This document shows positions 1 to 11,523 of a DNA stretch of 64,000 nucleotides, piece by piece. Both the position numbers and the translations under genes were made by a program. The DNA lies in the IMG/VR virus record IMGVR_UViG_3300028920_000022, positions 310,001 to 374,000 of that record. The stretch is one strand, 5' to 3'. Position 1 is the first letter of the stretch; each line of letters begins with the position of its first letter. The notes beneath the pieces are model-generated. The model had not been told where the DNA came from. It ran no database searches and saw only the letters and a list, made by a program, of their open reading frames with translations.

Positions 1-2
1 TT

Positions 3-3000
3 TCGTTCAGCCGCACAGATATTTTTGGAACTGAGCTATATTACGACAGTCAAATTTTGACAGCAACAGCTAACACAAATAGATTATTGGTTGGGCAATA
101 TCAGATAGATTATCGCAATGGAATAGTTTATGTTGGTGTAAGTGCTAGCCAAGATTTGGATTTGGGAACCATTAATTATAAAAACGGTGTAATAAGACCG
201 GAAAACCAGCACGTCACTGCTGTTTCTGAAGTTTATTATAGTATTAGCAACATTACCGGTATAGCAGAACGTTTAGAATATGACAGTTTTGCAGATCAAG
301 CTATTACACCTAGTGACTATGATGTTACTGATGAGCGATTTTTGAATGAAGACACTACATTACCATATATTAACAGTGCTGGTCAAATCACAGTTTCTGA
401 TGATATCAAAGCTGTGCGCGGAGTATATGACGCTTATGACTTGAATAATCATGCTGAGGTAACTAATTTTGCTGTTGGAGCTACGGTTTCTTCAAACGTT
501 ATTACGCTGGACTCTGCCGGCGTAGAAAAAACAGAAAATTATACAATTAGTGCTGGCGGAACCGTGGTTGTTGATACTATTACTGCTGGCGCAGCTATTG
601 TGGGTGTGACGAGCGTTCTAAGACTTGCTGATAATGTAGAGTTGTGGGACAATGGCGGAGTATTTAACTCATACACGATTACCTTGTCTGGCGCCGGCAC
701 TCCTGTTGTCGGGCAAGCAGTAAGAGTTATTTATAATGTACAATTAAATGGTGGTGCAACCCCGGTGGTTGATTACAACCGTGGGGATTATTTTATTGAT
801 TATGAATATTTGGCGGATGAAATACTGGTAAGTTACGAATATGGTGATAATAAGATAGATTTTCGTAGTAGCTTAGCAATAGATGAAGGAGAAACTTACT
901 ACGTTACTTATAGTATCGGGGCGTTGCGTAATTCTTTATTGAGCAATTTTGGTAGTTTGGTGGATGTTCCTATTCTGAATACATTTGATGTTTCTTTGGA
1001 TAGAGAAATTTATCGTGATGCATTACAAGCGGCTTTACAGTCGTTTACCAAAGGTCCCACACTACCCGCCATTAGCCTGTTGGTTTCTCAGATTACCAAA
1101 ATTGATCCTCGTATTACCGAGTCTGTGTTTGATATTTGGTCTTTAGGGGTAAGTAATCTGTATTGGAATGCGGTAGATTATACCGGAACTCCCACCTTAA
1201 TGGCAGGAAAATTTGATAATGGCGTATTGTTGGATACATCCGGTCAGACCATCACTTTTCCTGTGTCCAGCAATTTGCGATTAGAAGAAGGCACGTTGGA
1301 GTGTTGGGTAATTCCAGAGTGGGACGGTTTAGATAATGATGCCACTTTGACCTTTTCTGATTTGACTCGGGATGGGTATCGTCTTTCTACTTCTAATATT
1401 TTTATTGGAGCCGATAGCCATAATCCAACTTATTCAGATACTTATACGTTTTCTGTTAACAGGACAGACACTAACAGCCCAATTGGCTTGCCTTCTGCTG
1501 TATATACTCAGGCTGGCTTATTTGTTTATTATGATGATGTGTTGAAGCGATGGTATATGTTAGTAAAGGATCGTCCAGACGGTTACACATATCAAGGAAC
1601 CATCCAATCATCTGGTGAAGTTTACGACGTAAATTATATTACCGATTTAGGTGAAATTACCGATTCTACTCGTAGTTTTACAGATAAAATAGAATTTTCT
1701 TTAAAGTTAGATACACACGATGCGTTAAGTCCTGACGGATATACTACCGGGGATGGTTATGTACCCGGCTATTCTTTTGATGGGATTACGTTTATGGCAG
1801 ATGATCAGCATTATATTTTTGATGCTGGTGGCACCACAAGTACCAACCGTTTTTCCATTTATAAGGATGGGCGCGGGTATTTGAATTTTGCTGTATGTGA
1901 CAATGGTCGTAGTGCTAGCGGTAAACATACTTATAAAGTAAGTGCGGATATATCGGATTGGTTAGCTGGACAAGCTCATCATTTGGCTATTTCTTGGAAA
2001 CTTAACTCTTCTGATCGCCGTGATGAAATGCATTTATTCCTGGACGGAGAAGAGGTTCCAAACATTTTACGCTTTGGTGGTCGTCCGGTATCTTCAGGTA
2101 CTGATAGGTTTAGGACAGTTAAGCCAGAATATGTGGTTGGGGCGGTTCCTAGACCTGCGTTGACTAATGATGATATGACAACCACAGTCGGTTCGGACAC
2201 AGTCGTTTCTGCTAGTGTAAACTTTACTACAGCAGGTATACTTCCCGGCGATACTATTGAAATACTAGAGGTGGGTTTTGGAACCTACACTATTTTAGCA
2301 GTAGCTGGTAATACTTTACAGTTAAATGCCGCTGTTCCTTCCAGTTTTAGTGATGCTAGGTTTACTGTTAATCAATATGCGGTAGTGGTAGAAAGCGCAA
2401 TTGATTTGTATAGCAATATAGCCGTTTCTCTGTTAAGAGGGGGTATTGAAACAGAGCTTCCTGGTGTGAGGGCAGATATCCCAGGGTATAGTATAAGTAA
2501 AAACGCCCAATTACAGAATGTTTTAACAATATTAGGAAACGCTCAGGTTGGTGATCAAATTGTTATTCGTACTTTGGGTTTGAATTTTAGGCGATGTAGA
2601 GATCGTATCTATTTATGGGGGGACATCACCAGTGTTTTAAAGACACAATTGCCGCCACCTATAAACCTGGACGAAGTCACAATAGTGCCTGTTTTGTTGC
2701 CATTGACACCAATAGGACCCAGCAACGCCACGTTGGTGGGTGGTAATTTTGTTGCTACTGGCATTGCTGCAACTCAGCCATCCAACGAAACTGAAGGCAG
2801 GGTATTAGCAGTTAGAGTGACTGGAGGAAACGTTGACTTTAGTACAAACGTAACCGTTACTATTAATGGTGCTTCAGATGGCGGAGCAACAGAGGTATTG
2901 TCGTTTAGTGCTGCGGGAATTACAAACACCGCAAACCGGTGGCAAGTTGTAACTTCTGTAGATGTTACATGTAAACCCTTAGTAACAACCTCAAACTCTA

Positions 3001-4820
3001 CCGCTGTAGAGATTAAAGAAGCATATAGCATTACCGATTCTGATGGCAACACTATTTACCCAATAATACGTTTTAGCTTCAAAACTCAAACTGGTGCCAC
3101 TTTAACAGGAGATGGATCAACAACAGTTAGCGATAGTAACGGTGTGTTTGTTGACTCTGATATTGGAAATAAAATGGTTATTAGTGCACCAGCGGCTGTG
3201 GCTGGTACTTACACCATTATCGCTCGCACATCTACTACAGAAATTAGAATTACTCCCGCTCCCGGTATAGCATTTGCCAACGGGACTTATGACATATATA
3301 ACGTTTCTCTCGGCAGAAGCGGTTTCCAGAATGGGTTTTTTACTTTTGAAACTGCTGGGCAAGTAGATGGTTATTACAATTTGCCCCAGGGCTATTATGA
3401 TTTTGATTATTCTGCATACTTAGAGGTACCATTAGATCCAGTACAAAATTCTATTGCATATATTGGGTCCGATCTAAACGGAGAAAAACAAGCTAAAGCA
3501 ATAATTGATGAATTTAGAATTCTTTCTGAAACCAGAACGGATACTCGTACAGGAGAATCTATTGATAGTAGTGAGCAGTCTATTACTACAGATTACAATT
3601 CGTTGACAGCATTTACTTCGGATAGTAGCACTTTAATGCTTCTGCATTTTGATGAATTACCATTTGTTAATGATTCTGAGTTTTGGATTAGTTCTAATAG
3701 GGATTATTTGCAGTCCGGCTCTAGTATCAATAGCAATTTTAATCAAAGCATTGTAATAACCGACCAACCGTTGGTAATTGATAACACCGGCAGATTATCC
3801 ACTACTTCAGAGGGCACCATTGAATTTTGGGTTAGCCCCCGTTTTGATACATATAACGATCCAAATGTACGTTTTTATTTTGATGCTTCCGGTTCCATAG
3901 TAGAAAACTCTACTTCCTTAACCGTAGGAACTGTACAAACGGCAGGCAGGGTTTCTAGTGTAGTAAGTGTGCGGTTACAAACTGATACTCAAAACACAGG
4001 AACTGATTATTTTGTAGGGGGAAGCGTTGCTAGCGATTATAGAACTATTAATTTGGGCAAGGCACTACCTTCTCAGAATACTCCCGTCAAGGTAACATAT
4101 GTTCCGGCAGGGCTGTCTGGAGATCGTATTTCTATATACAAAGACAACACAGGGTTCCTTAATTTCAACGTTACAGCTTCAGGAATAGACTATCAGGTAC
4201 GGCAGCCCATCTTTTGGCAGAGAGACACTTGGCACCGAATAATGGCAACCTATAAATTCAACACCTCCAGCAATTTAGATGAAGTTCGTTTATTTGTGGA
4301 TGGTGAAGAGCGTGGTATGATTTTGTTTGGGGCTGGGTTAATATTTGGCACAGGAGCTGTATTTGGGCAGGGGTTAGCCGGGCTAGATAATAGTCATTTA
4401 ATTGCAGATATTAACTTCTATGATCCTATAAATCAGTTCTACGTTGGTTCCGACTATCTTGGAGCCAATACAGCCCATGCTCGGTTTGATAATTTAAAGC
4501 TAAGTAATATCGCCAGGACTCCTACAACTATCGTGGGACAGGCTAAAGACATAAATTACAGTTCCAATTTGAGTGTGGTTTATCCTGTGGTAGAAGATGT
4601 ATACACTACATATTTGATTAATTTTGACCAACTTGTTACCAAGACCGAAGATTTGGCAGTATTAAGAGATGCTGAATATGGCATTTTCAACTTTACCTTA
4701 GACATCATTGATTCTTTTGGTATAGTAACGGAAGACGCTAAAGTGCAGCAAATTATAGAAAATCTCATTACCGCCTTGAAACCCGGACAGTCTAAGGTGA
4801 CAATTAACTATATTGAGTGA
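3..4820 (+). CDS. Large virion structural protein (baseplate wedge-like) with LamG/ConA-like domains; 5'-partial
   Basis: Frame is open from position 3, so the gene starts upstream of the window. LamG-like motifs EGTLECWV..HHLAISW..MHLFLDG and EGTIEFWV..WHRIMATY..VRLFVDG. FTKGPT and the C-terminal ALKPGQSKV resemble baseplate wedge termini. 5 DGY motifs. Confidence 0.6.
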   Translation, partial: SFSRTDIFGTELYYDSQILTATANTNRLLVGQYQIDYRNGIVYVGVSASQDLDLGTINYKNGVIRPENQHVTAVSEVYYSISNITGIAERLEYDSFADQAITPSDYDVTDERFLNEDTTLPYINSAGQITVSDDIKAVRGVYDAYDLNNHAEVTNFAVGATVSSNVITLDSAGVEKTENYTISAGGTVVVDTITAGAAIVGVTSVLRLADNVELWDNGGVFNSYTITLSGAGTPVVGQAVRVIYNVQLNGGATPVVDYNRGDYFIDYEYLADEILVSYEYGDNKIDFRSSLAIDEGETYYVTYSIGALRNSLLSNFGSLVDVPILNTFDVSLDREIYRDALQAALQSFTKGPTLPAISLLVSQITKIDPRITESVFDIWSLGVSNLYWNAVDYTGTPTLMAGKFDNGVLLDTSGQTITFPVSSNLRLEEGTLECWVIPEWDGLDNDATLTFSDLTRDGYRLSTSNIFIGADSHNPTYSDTYTFSVNRTDTNSPIGLPSAVYTQAGLFVYYDDVLKRWYMLVKDRPDGYTYQGTIQSSGEVYDVNYITDLGEITDSTRSFTDKIEFSLKLDTHDALSPDGYTTGDGYVPGYSFDGITFMADDQHYIFDAGGTTSTNRFSIYKDGRGYLNFAVCDNGRSASGKHTYKVSADISDWLAGQAHHLAISWKLNSSDRRDEMHLFLDGEEVPNILRFGGRPVSSGTDRFRTVKPEYVVGAVPRPALTNDDMTTTVGSDTVVSASVNFTTAGILPGDTIEILEVGFGTYTILAVAGNTLQLNAAVPSSFSDARFTVNQYAVVVESAIDLYSNIAVSLLRGGIETELPGVRADIPGYSISKNAQLQNVLTILGNAQVGDQIVIRTLGLNFRRCRDRIYLWGDITSVLKTQLPPPINLDEVTIVPVLLPLTPIGPSNATLVGGNFVATGIAATQPSNETEGRVLAVRVTGGNVDFSTNVTVTINGASDGGATEVLSFSAAGITNTANRWQVVTSVDVTCKPLVTTSNSTAVEIKEAYSITDSDGNTIYPIIRFSFKTQTGATLTGDGSTTVSDSNGVFVDSDIGNKMVISAPAAVAGTYTIIARTSTTEIRITPAPGIAFANGTYDIYNVSLGRSGFQNGFFTFETAGQVDGYYNLPQGYYDFDYSAYLEVPLDPVQNSIAYIGSDLNGEKQAKAIIDEFRILSETRTDTRTGESIDSSEQSITTDYNSLTAFTSDSSTLMLLHFDELPFVNDSEFWISSNRDYLQSGSSINSNFNQSIVITDQPLVIDNTGRLSTTSEGTIEFWVSPRFDTYNDPNVRFYFDASGSIVENSTSLTVGTVQTAGRVSSVVSVRLQTDTQNTGTDYFVGGSVASDYRTINLGKALPSQNTPVKVTYVPAGLSGDRISIYKDNTGFLNFNVTASGIDYQVRQPIFWQRDTWHRIMATYKFNTSSNLDEVRLFVDGEERGMILFGAGLIFGTGAVFGQGLAGLDNSHLIADINFYDPINQFYVGSDYLGANTAHARFDNLKLSNIARTPTTIVGQAKDINYSSNLSVVYPVVEDVYTTYLINFDQLVTKTEDLAVLRDAEYGIFNFTLDIIDSFGIVTEDAKVQQIIENLITALKPGQSKVTINYIE

Positions 4821-4821
4821 C

Positions 4822-7748
4822 ATGACAAAGAGAATAGATGTATCTACAGTTCAGAATACCTGGCATGACGCACAGTTCGTTGATAAAGCGGATATGGACG
4901 TTGAACAAAACTACAATAACGTTTCAAACTCTGCTATTGTCAATAACTTCATGGGTTCCGGAGTTTTGCCAGACAACCCCCAACAGCTAGTTTTATTCGA
5001 TTCAGATGATTTGACCGGAACACAGGCGGAAATCTTAGCCGCTGGCAATTTGATGGTACCGGTTTAGATGTGCATTCGCAACCCAGCGATACTACTTTGG
5101 GGAACCAAATTGAAGTAGAGCTAACCGGATCTGATGTATTAGGCAGATTGAGTGTAAAGGTGCTAATTGTGGGCTTGTCTTTTGATGGCGAACTACAAAT
5201 GGACCGTATGTACTTCTATGTTAACGAAAAACAGGTTACGTCCAAGCATTATGCCGAAGTTTTAACCATTATGTTTAATGACTTCAAGGGCAATAATAAT
5301 TGTTCTCGCGCTCTTGGTGGCAGGATTGTGATGCGGGAGGCGAACTCTTTTCAACTTTCTCGCGATGCCAAGATGGTAGCGCAAGATATCATGCCGGATT
5401 TGTTTTTCCGAGATTTTAAAGTGGCGGATCAAAGTGTTGGTTTGTTTGCTACTTTGCAGGCAGGAATTGGTTCAGAACATGATGTAGACGCTCTTGCAAT
5501 CAACGTGACCGGCAAACAGCCACATCGAACTATAAACCCCAATGATGTTACAACCCAAATAGGACAGAAATTCTTGGCACGTTCTGACAATATTCAGAAG
5601 GTAACTTTATTGTTGGGCGTTGAACGAAATACCTCTGCTACCGAAGATGCTTGGTATGATTGGTCTGGGGATTTGGTGGTAAGCATTTATTCTTTGCAAA
5701 CTACCGTCAATTGTCCAACACAAATAGTTCCGGGTTTGGACATTGAATATGATCCTAGTGCAGCTCCTTTGGCAGAGGTAAGTTTTAGCCAGGCAGAGCT
5801 GGAAAGTGTAGGATATGTATTAACCGCTGTAGCTCAGCCTGTAGATTTTGTTTTTAGTAATACATCTATAGCTAGCGCTGGTGGAATCACTTCTGGGAAC
5901 TATTATGCAGTTACTTTTAGACGATCTGGTGCTGCAGCAGACGGATACATATTTTCCGAAGTAGCTACTAACAAGATAGACGATTCCAGGTTAACAATAT
6001 ATAGTGGAATATGGACCGATGTTGTAGAAGAAGATTTGTGGTTCCAGGTATGGTCTGATGCCGCCAAAGTATCTGATGGTAAGGGATATGATGCCGGAAA
6101 CGGAATACAGTATAATAAAACTGTTTTAAGTTCAACAACCGGTGCCTACATAGACAATGAAGTTGGCGGATTTTCGTTTGTAAACACCGGGCAGGGAATT
6201 ACAAACACTGGTATAATTCAAGCCACCACTCAACAAAGTGTTACGACTCAAGACGAACGTACCGGTGATAATACCTATTCGCGCAAACAGTATATTCCAT
6301 CATTTAGTTTTGTAAACTCTACTACTTTAGCTAGTTTGAAGGTAACTTCTGAACCATTAATTATTGGTTGCGCCGTTGATATTAACCCTCAGGTTACAGA
6401 TACTATCACTGGAAATCAAGATTATCCAGGTCTAGCTAAAGGTGACGAATTTACCATAATTAACCCCGATGCTTCTTTACTTTCGCTTCGGTTGATGGGT
6501 AGAAAGCTAATTCCAAACAATACCTGCAACGCGGTAGGTTATCGTATATATGGTGTTGATTTGTGTGTGGATGGCTATGGCGATGTTAATGGAGACGGAT
6601 ATATAGACAGTTCCGATGTTGCCGCCGCTGCGGCTCTTTTAGGAGAAAGCGTTTGGTCTTCTTCTACTCAGCAGAAAATAGTTGATGGCTATATTACTAC
6701 GTTAGAACTATTGCGGGCGGATGTGGACGGAGATGGGTATATTACATCTAACGATGTTGATTTAATTACAAATTTTGTAAACCGTAGTATTAATGCGTTC
6801 CCCGTAGGCACATCATTCAACCACCTTACTCTGACGGTACAACAGAGTATAGGGCGATATGATGGGTATTTCGATTGTAATGGTCGTGTCAGGCTGGATG
6901 GATATAGTGGATATAACATTGTTGATCCTTCCAGTTTAAGTGCTGCTGAGCTGATTTATGATGGATATTTGTCCGCGGTCAGTATTGATGGTAGTGACAG
7001 CGCTTTTACCACAGTCCCATTTGTTACAGTACCTTATCAAGTAGAGTTCCAACCATTCTGGCAGGACTATTTGTTGTCCTTTTCCAGTAGTGCCAGAATG
7101 CTACCAGCTTCATTTACTTATGCCACCAGTGCAACTGCGACCTCCTGTGCTACAGCCACCACGTTTGAATGTACCAACAGGAATGAGGGGACCCCTTCGT
7201 GCGATCCTGGTAGAACAGAAATTATGGTTCCTTCTAATCTAATCATTGGTACAGGAGGAGAGATCCTTCGACCAGATGGCAATCATTATAAAGTGGATAT
7301 GGAAATTGGTACGGTAATATTACGTTTGCCGGATAGCCCACTTTCCGAATCGGTAATTGATGTTTTCCGCAGTTTCGTAGCAGATCGTGGCGATGGGTTT
7401 ACCAACCATGCGTACCCTGCCATGCGTTATGCTGATTGTACTACTGTTCAACCGGAAGATTTGGCTTTAAATAAGGTACGTTTTGGCGTTTCACTGCAGT
7501 CATTTGCCCCCAATTTGGATGGCTATACAGATGCCGATGGTTATGGCATTATTATTGATGACATTATTGGCGTTTATATGGACCATAGTTCCGGTATTTT
7601 GAAGTTAACAATTAAGGATTTGTCTGTTGATAGCATTTATCTTACTCTGGTGACAAAGATTCAAATCCAGGTTTTCCTGAAGAAGGGAGGGTGGAATAAC
7701 AGTGTTTTGATTGTGGAACCAGATGAAGTCTCAGGGCTAATTTCCTAA
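4822..7748 (+). CDS. Virion structural protein with dockerin/EF-hand-like Ca-binding pair; one gene interrupted by a 1-nt frameshift near 5049-5051
   Basis: ORFs 4813-5067 (probable ATG 4822) and 5070-7748 join as ...AAGN-F-DGTGLDVHSQPSD if one T is added to AATTTGAT. Contains GDVNGDGYIDSSD and ADVDGDGYITSND. 10 DGY motifs. Confidence 0.6.
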
Positions 7749-7763
7749 TCGCGCGTTATATAG

Positions 7764-7796
7764 AAAGCCGGCTATCAAAAGATAGCCGGCTTTTTT
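7764..7796 (+). terminator. Rho-independent terminator
   Basis: 13-bp perfect stem AAAGCCGGCTATC / GATAGCCGGCTTT, AAAA loop and T6 tail, just after the structural gene stop. Confidence 0.9.
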
Positions 7797-7833
7797 GTCG
7801 AGAGCATTCTAGCATTACCGTTTCAAAATTCTT

Positions 7834-9000
7834 ATGAAGATCAAAATTCAACAGTTTTTATTTGGGAAAAACCATTCTTGGGCAGTTGTTGGACAAAATA
7901 TTGGACGAGCATTATTAAAAAAAGGTCACGAGGTTCATTTTGTATCTACGGATGGCATTAAAGAAAAATTTATCCCAGAAGACTTGAAACCTCATATTAA
8001 AGAAAAACCTCAAGGTTCGTATGATATGCAGATTTCATATACAGCAATGAAGAATTTTCCAGCTTTCCTAAGTAGCGGAGATAAAAATCGTTTTGGTATT
8101 TGGAATTATGAAACTACAATAATTCCTCCAGGTTTTGCGAAATACTATAAATTTACTGATAAGTTTTTGCCTTCTTCAGAATTTGCTGCAAAAATATTTA
8201 TTGATAATGGTGTTCCGTCCGATTATGTGCGCGTTATCCCACACGGAATTAATGTACAAGAATATTTATCTTATGACGTTTATCCATTAAAAACTAAAAA
8301 ACGTTATAAAATATTAGCCAATATTGCTCAACCGCATGTGAGAAAAAACATAGACGGTTTATTTGAATCTTATGGTATGGCTTTTACCCAAGATGATGAT
8401 GTATGTTTGGTGGCAAAAGTGAGCGCTAAAAGACTTGCCCCCACCCCACAAATAACCGCTAGAACTAGACGCGGCGCCAGGAAACAACAAGCTAAACAAC
8501 AGCTTGATGACAATAGAACTCGTGGTTTTGAAGTAGATTTCTTTGACATTTATAATAAATTTTGTAAAAAATACCCAAAACATGCTGAAGTAGAAATAAT
8601 AAACGAATTTGTGCCCAGCATGGTTTCTATTTATAACGCTTGTGATATCGTTTATTCAGTGACTCATGCCGAATGTTTCTGGCTTCCCGGTTTGGAAGGA
8701 ATGGCTACTAACAACTTGGTTATTGCTCCAAATTGGGGAGGACAATTGGAATACATGAATGAGGATAATTCTTTGTTGATTGCAGGAAAAGAAGGTAGAG
8801 CACCAAAGAAAATGCAATATTGGGTTCCTTCACCTTATGCTGTTACGTTTTTGCCAGATTTGGATGATTCTGTTGCCAAATTGCAAATGGCAGTAGGAAA
8901 CTATGAGAACTTAATGAAAAAGTTTAAACCAGGAATGAAAGAACAACTGGAAAGATTAACTTGGGAAAATGTTGCTGGAAAGATTTTGGACCTCACATGA
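7834..9000 (+). CDS. Glycosyltransferase, GT4-like (GT-B fold)
   Basis: RKNIDGLF and ECFWLPGLEGMA (E-x7-E motif), VIAPNWGGQLEY. Confidence 0.85.
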   Translation: MKIKIQQFLFGKNHSWAVVGQNIGRALLKKGHEVHFVSTDGIKEKFIPEDLKPHIKEKPQGSYDMQISYTAMKNFPAFLSSGDKNRFGIWNYETTIIPPGFAKYYKFTDKFLPSSEFAAKIFIDNGVPSDYVRVIPHGINVQEYLSYDVYPLKTKKRYKILANIAQPHVRKNIDGLFESYGMAFTQDDDVCLVAKVSAKRLAPTPQITARTRRGARKQQAKQQLDDNRTRGFEVDFFDIYNKFCKKYPKHAEVEIINEFVPSMVSIYNACDIVYSVTHAECFWLPGLEGMATNNLVIAPNWGGQLEYMNEDNSLLIAGKEGRAPKKMQYWVPSPYAVTFLPDLDDSVAKLQMAVGNYENLMKKFKPGMKEQLERLTWENVAGKILDLT

Positions 9001-9716
9001 AACTGTCTATTGTAATACCTGTACACAATAATTTTAACTTTACCAAGGCGTGCATAAACGATCTGCGTAGATTACCAAAAGATCACGAAATTATTATTGT
9101 GGATAATGGATCTAGCAAACCAGACAAGAAGAGAAAAATGATTACGGATCGAACTGCACCATATGTTTCTATGCTAGCTAAAGAAATGGAAAATTTGGTG
9201 TACATCAGGAATGATGAGAATCTGGGGTTTGCCAAGGCATCCAATCAGGGCTATGCGGCATCACAAGGAGAGTTTGTGATGTTTTTGAATAACGATATTC
9301 GAGTCAAAAGCGATCATGAAACCTGGACACAACCGATTATGGCGGCTGCTGAGGATGGCTCTCTTGTTGGTCCAACTGGGGGTCTGTTGGACGAGAACTT
9401 AAAATTCCTGAGAGAAGAAGATAAACTTATTGATTCTAAATATTTCTATATGTGTGCTTGGAATTTGACCGCTAAAAAAGAAACGTGGGAAAAACTTAAG
9501 GTGGATGATTGTGTTGGACCGTTTATAGAAGACTGGGGGTCCTATTTTGAAGATACTGATTTGTCATTTAGAGCTAAAGAACTAAATATTTCATTTAAAA
9601 TACTACCCGCCCCTGTTTTACATTTTGGTCGGATGACAGGAAAGCAGCTAGGCTTGCAACAACTATATGCAGAAGCACATACAAAATTCGTTAACAAGTG
9701 GGTTGGTCGCATATGA
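8997..9716 (+). CDS. Glycosyltransferase family 2
   Basis: KLSIVIPVHN, IIIVDNGS, NLGFAKASNQG, FLNND, YFEDTDL. ATG 8997 overlaps the upstream stop (ATGA). Confidence 0.9.
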   Translation: MKLSIVIPVHNNFNFTKACINDLRRLPKDHEIIIVDNGSSKPDKKRKMITDRTAPYVSMLAKEMENLVYIRNDENLGFAKASNQGYAASQGEFVMFLNNDIRVKSDHETWTQPIMAAAEDGSLVGPTGGLLDENLKFLREEDKLIDSKYFYMCAWNLTAKKETWEKLKVDDCVGPFIEDWGSYFEDTDLSFRAKELNISFKILPAPVLHFGRMTGKQLGLQQLYAEAHTKFVNKWVGRI

Positions 9717-10567
9717 AAGTACACATACTTACATTGAACTGGAATGGAAAGCATTATCTTTCTGAGTTATCCAAACAGCTCGGTTGGGAAACCGGATTTT
9801 GTTGGGAGGATGGTAAGATAAAAGAGGATTGGGATTATCCTGTTTGGCATATTAGGGACAACGGTTCCAAAGACGGTTCTATAGATGAGATCAATCGTTG
9901 GCAGCTTATGAGTGACTGTAGGATTTCGGCGAAGGTATATGATATTGGACACAACCGAGATAGTTTTGCTAAGGGCATGAATTACCTATTTGATCAAGCA
10001 AACCCGGCGGATGATGATTTGGTTTATTTGTTGAATAACGATGTTTCTTTTACTTGTCAGGGAAAGCCGGTTTTGGAAACAATGTGGAATTTACAGAAGA
10101 AAACCAAAGCAGGAGTGGTGGGTGTTCGTTTACTTTACAATAATACTGATAAGCTACAGCATGCTGGAGTAATTTTTAGTCACAGGTATAACGATCTACC
10201 TTTTCATTTCAGACCAGGAGAGAAGTCTGACGCTAATGCTAAGAAAAACAGGTATTTTCAAGTGGTAACTGCAGCTTTATGTTTGGTCAATCCTATAAGT
10301 TGGCGAAGAGTTGGTGGTTTTGATGAGAGGTATTCGTGGGCATTTGACGATGTTGACTTAAATCTAAAAATAGGACAAACAGAAAAAATTGCCTACTGTG
10401 GGGAAACATTTGCCTATCATGAAGAAAGTGCATCATTAAAAAAGAACCCAGCGCATAAGCTATTTATGAATCAAAACGTTAGGATTTTGAGAGAAAAGTG
10501 GGCTGGTAAATATAAAATAGATCATGATAGATATCTTAAAGATCCTAATTATAACATAATAAAGTAA
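9713..10567 (+). CDS. Glycosyltransferase family 2
   Basis: TLNWNG, RDNGSKDGS, LLNNDV, LQHAGV, GGFDERY, DDVDL. Confidence 0.9.
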   Translation: MKVHILTLNWNGKHYLSELSKQLGWETGFCWEDGKIKEDWDYPVWHIRDNGSKDGSIDEINRWQLMSDCRISAKVYDIGHNRDSFAKGMNYLFDQANPADDDLVYLLNNDVSFTCQGKPVLETMWNLQKKTKAGVVGVRLLYNNTDKLQHAGVIFSHRYNDLPFHFRPGEKSDANAKKNRYFQVVTAALCLVNPISWRRVGGFDERYSWAFDDVDLNLKIGQTEKIAYCGETFAYHEESASLKKNPAHKLFMNQNVRILREKWAGKYKIDHDRYLKDPNYNIIK

Positions 10568-11523
10568 TGCCAAAAACTATAAACACGAAATATTTTCCAT
10601 TTGCACCAGGATTACCATATAAAATCAAAAATGGAAGATATGTTATTCCTACTATGGATTATTCTTATTGGCAAAAAGCTTTAGATTGTGAAGAAATAGT
10701 TGTAGCAGCTTATAAAGGTTTATTTGAATCTTTGTTTTCTTTATCTATATTCGAAGCAATAAATTATGTGTTTCCCGGAAAAACACTATACTGGTCAGGT
10801 AATACAGAGTTTAATCAATTGGTTTATTTAAATGGTCTGGGATCTTCTGCTTATTTTTTAAATCAAGAGCAGCTTGAACAATATCCGGTTCCAATATTTT
10901 TTGATGCAGAAGGTAGAACTTATTTTAATTGTTTGAATAATTATATTGATGTTAAAACTTATCAAGGAGAATTTAGATATCAAGACCGAAAACCGGCAGC
11001 TGAACAGTTGTTTCGTAACGCTTTGGTAGATTGGTCTATTCAATATTTGCCTAAATGGCGGCATTTGGCAGAACCTCCGGATTTAAAAGAATGGTCAATA
11101 GCACATCATTTTAGGGCAAACAGATCATTCGTGTTGTTTGTGGAAGGTTTATCTGCCCATGAACCTTCAGGTTTAAACTGGTCAATCGCAGATCTTCGGT
11201 CTTTTTCTGCCATGCTCAGATCTAGCCTATTACCTTTTGTGGTTTTAACTCAGCGCCCTCAGAAATATGCAGGGCTCAATGTCTACCTGCCCCCATTCGA
11301 ATTAAATACAGCCCTGTATCTAATTTCTAAAGCGCATTCTGTGTTGTCTCCGGATATGGACTGGTTATTAGCCGCTATGTTGATGGAAAAATCAGTCGTG
11401 GGAAATTCCCAAAAGGGTATATTTGATTTGGAAAAAAATAAACGATATTTAAAGGTGGATGGTAAAATATGTTTTTTTAAAGACATTACTCCACTTCAAG
11501 CCTTTGGAGCCGTCAAGATATGA
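10567..11523 (+). CDS. Hypothetical protein in glycosylation cluster (possible degenerate GT-B/GT9-like)
   Basis: 318-aa ORF coupled on both sides; only weak resemblance to GT9 C-terminal features. Confidence 0.45.
   Translation: MPKTINTKYFPFAPGLPYKIKNGRYVIPTMDYSYWQKALDCEEIVVAAYKGLFESLFSLSIFEAINYVFPGKTLYWSGNTEFNQLVYLNGLGSSAYFLNQEQLEQYPVPIFFDAEGRTYFNCLNNYIDVKTYQGEFRYQDRKPAAEQLFRNALVDWSIQYLPKWRHLAEPPDLKEWSIAHHFRANRSFVLFVEGLSAHEPSGLNWSIADLRSFSAMLRSSLLPFVVLTQRPQKYAGLNVYLPPFELNTALYLISKAHSVLSPDMDWLLAAMLMEKSVVGNSQKGIFDLEKNKRYLKVDGKICFFKDITPLQAFGAVKI

Noticed and set aside
5040-5070. Tail-assembly-chaperone-type programmed frameshift
   Set aside because: No canonical slippery heptamer, and the gene is not a chaperone upstream of a tape measure gene; a simple indel is more parsimonious.
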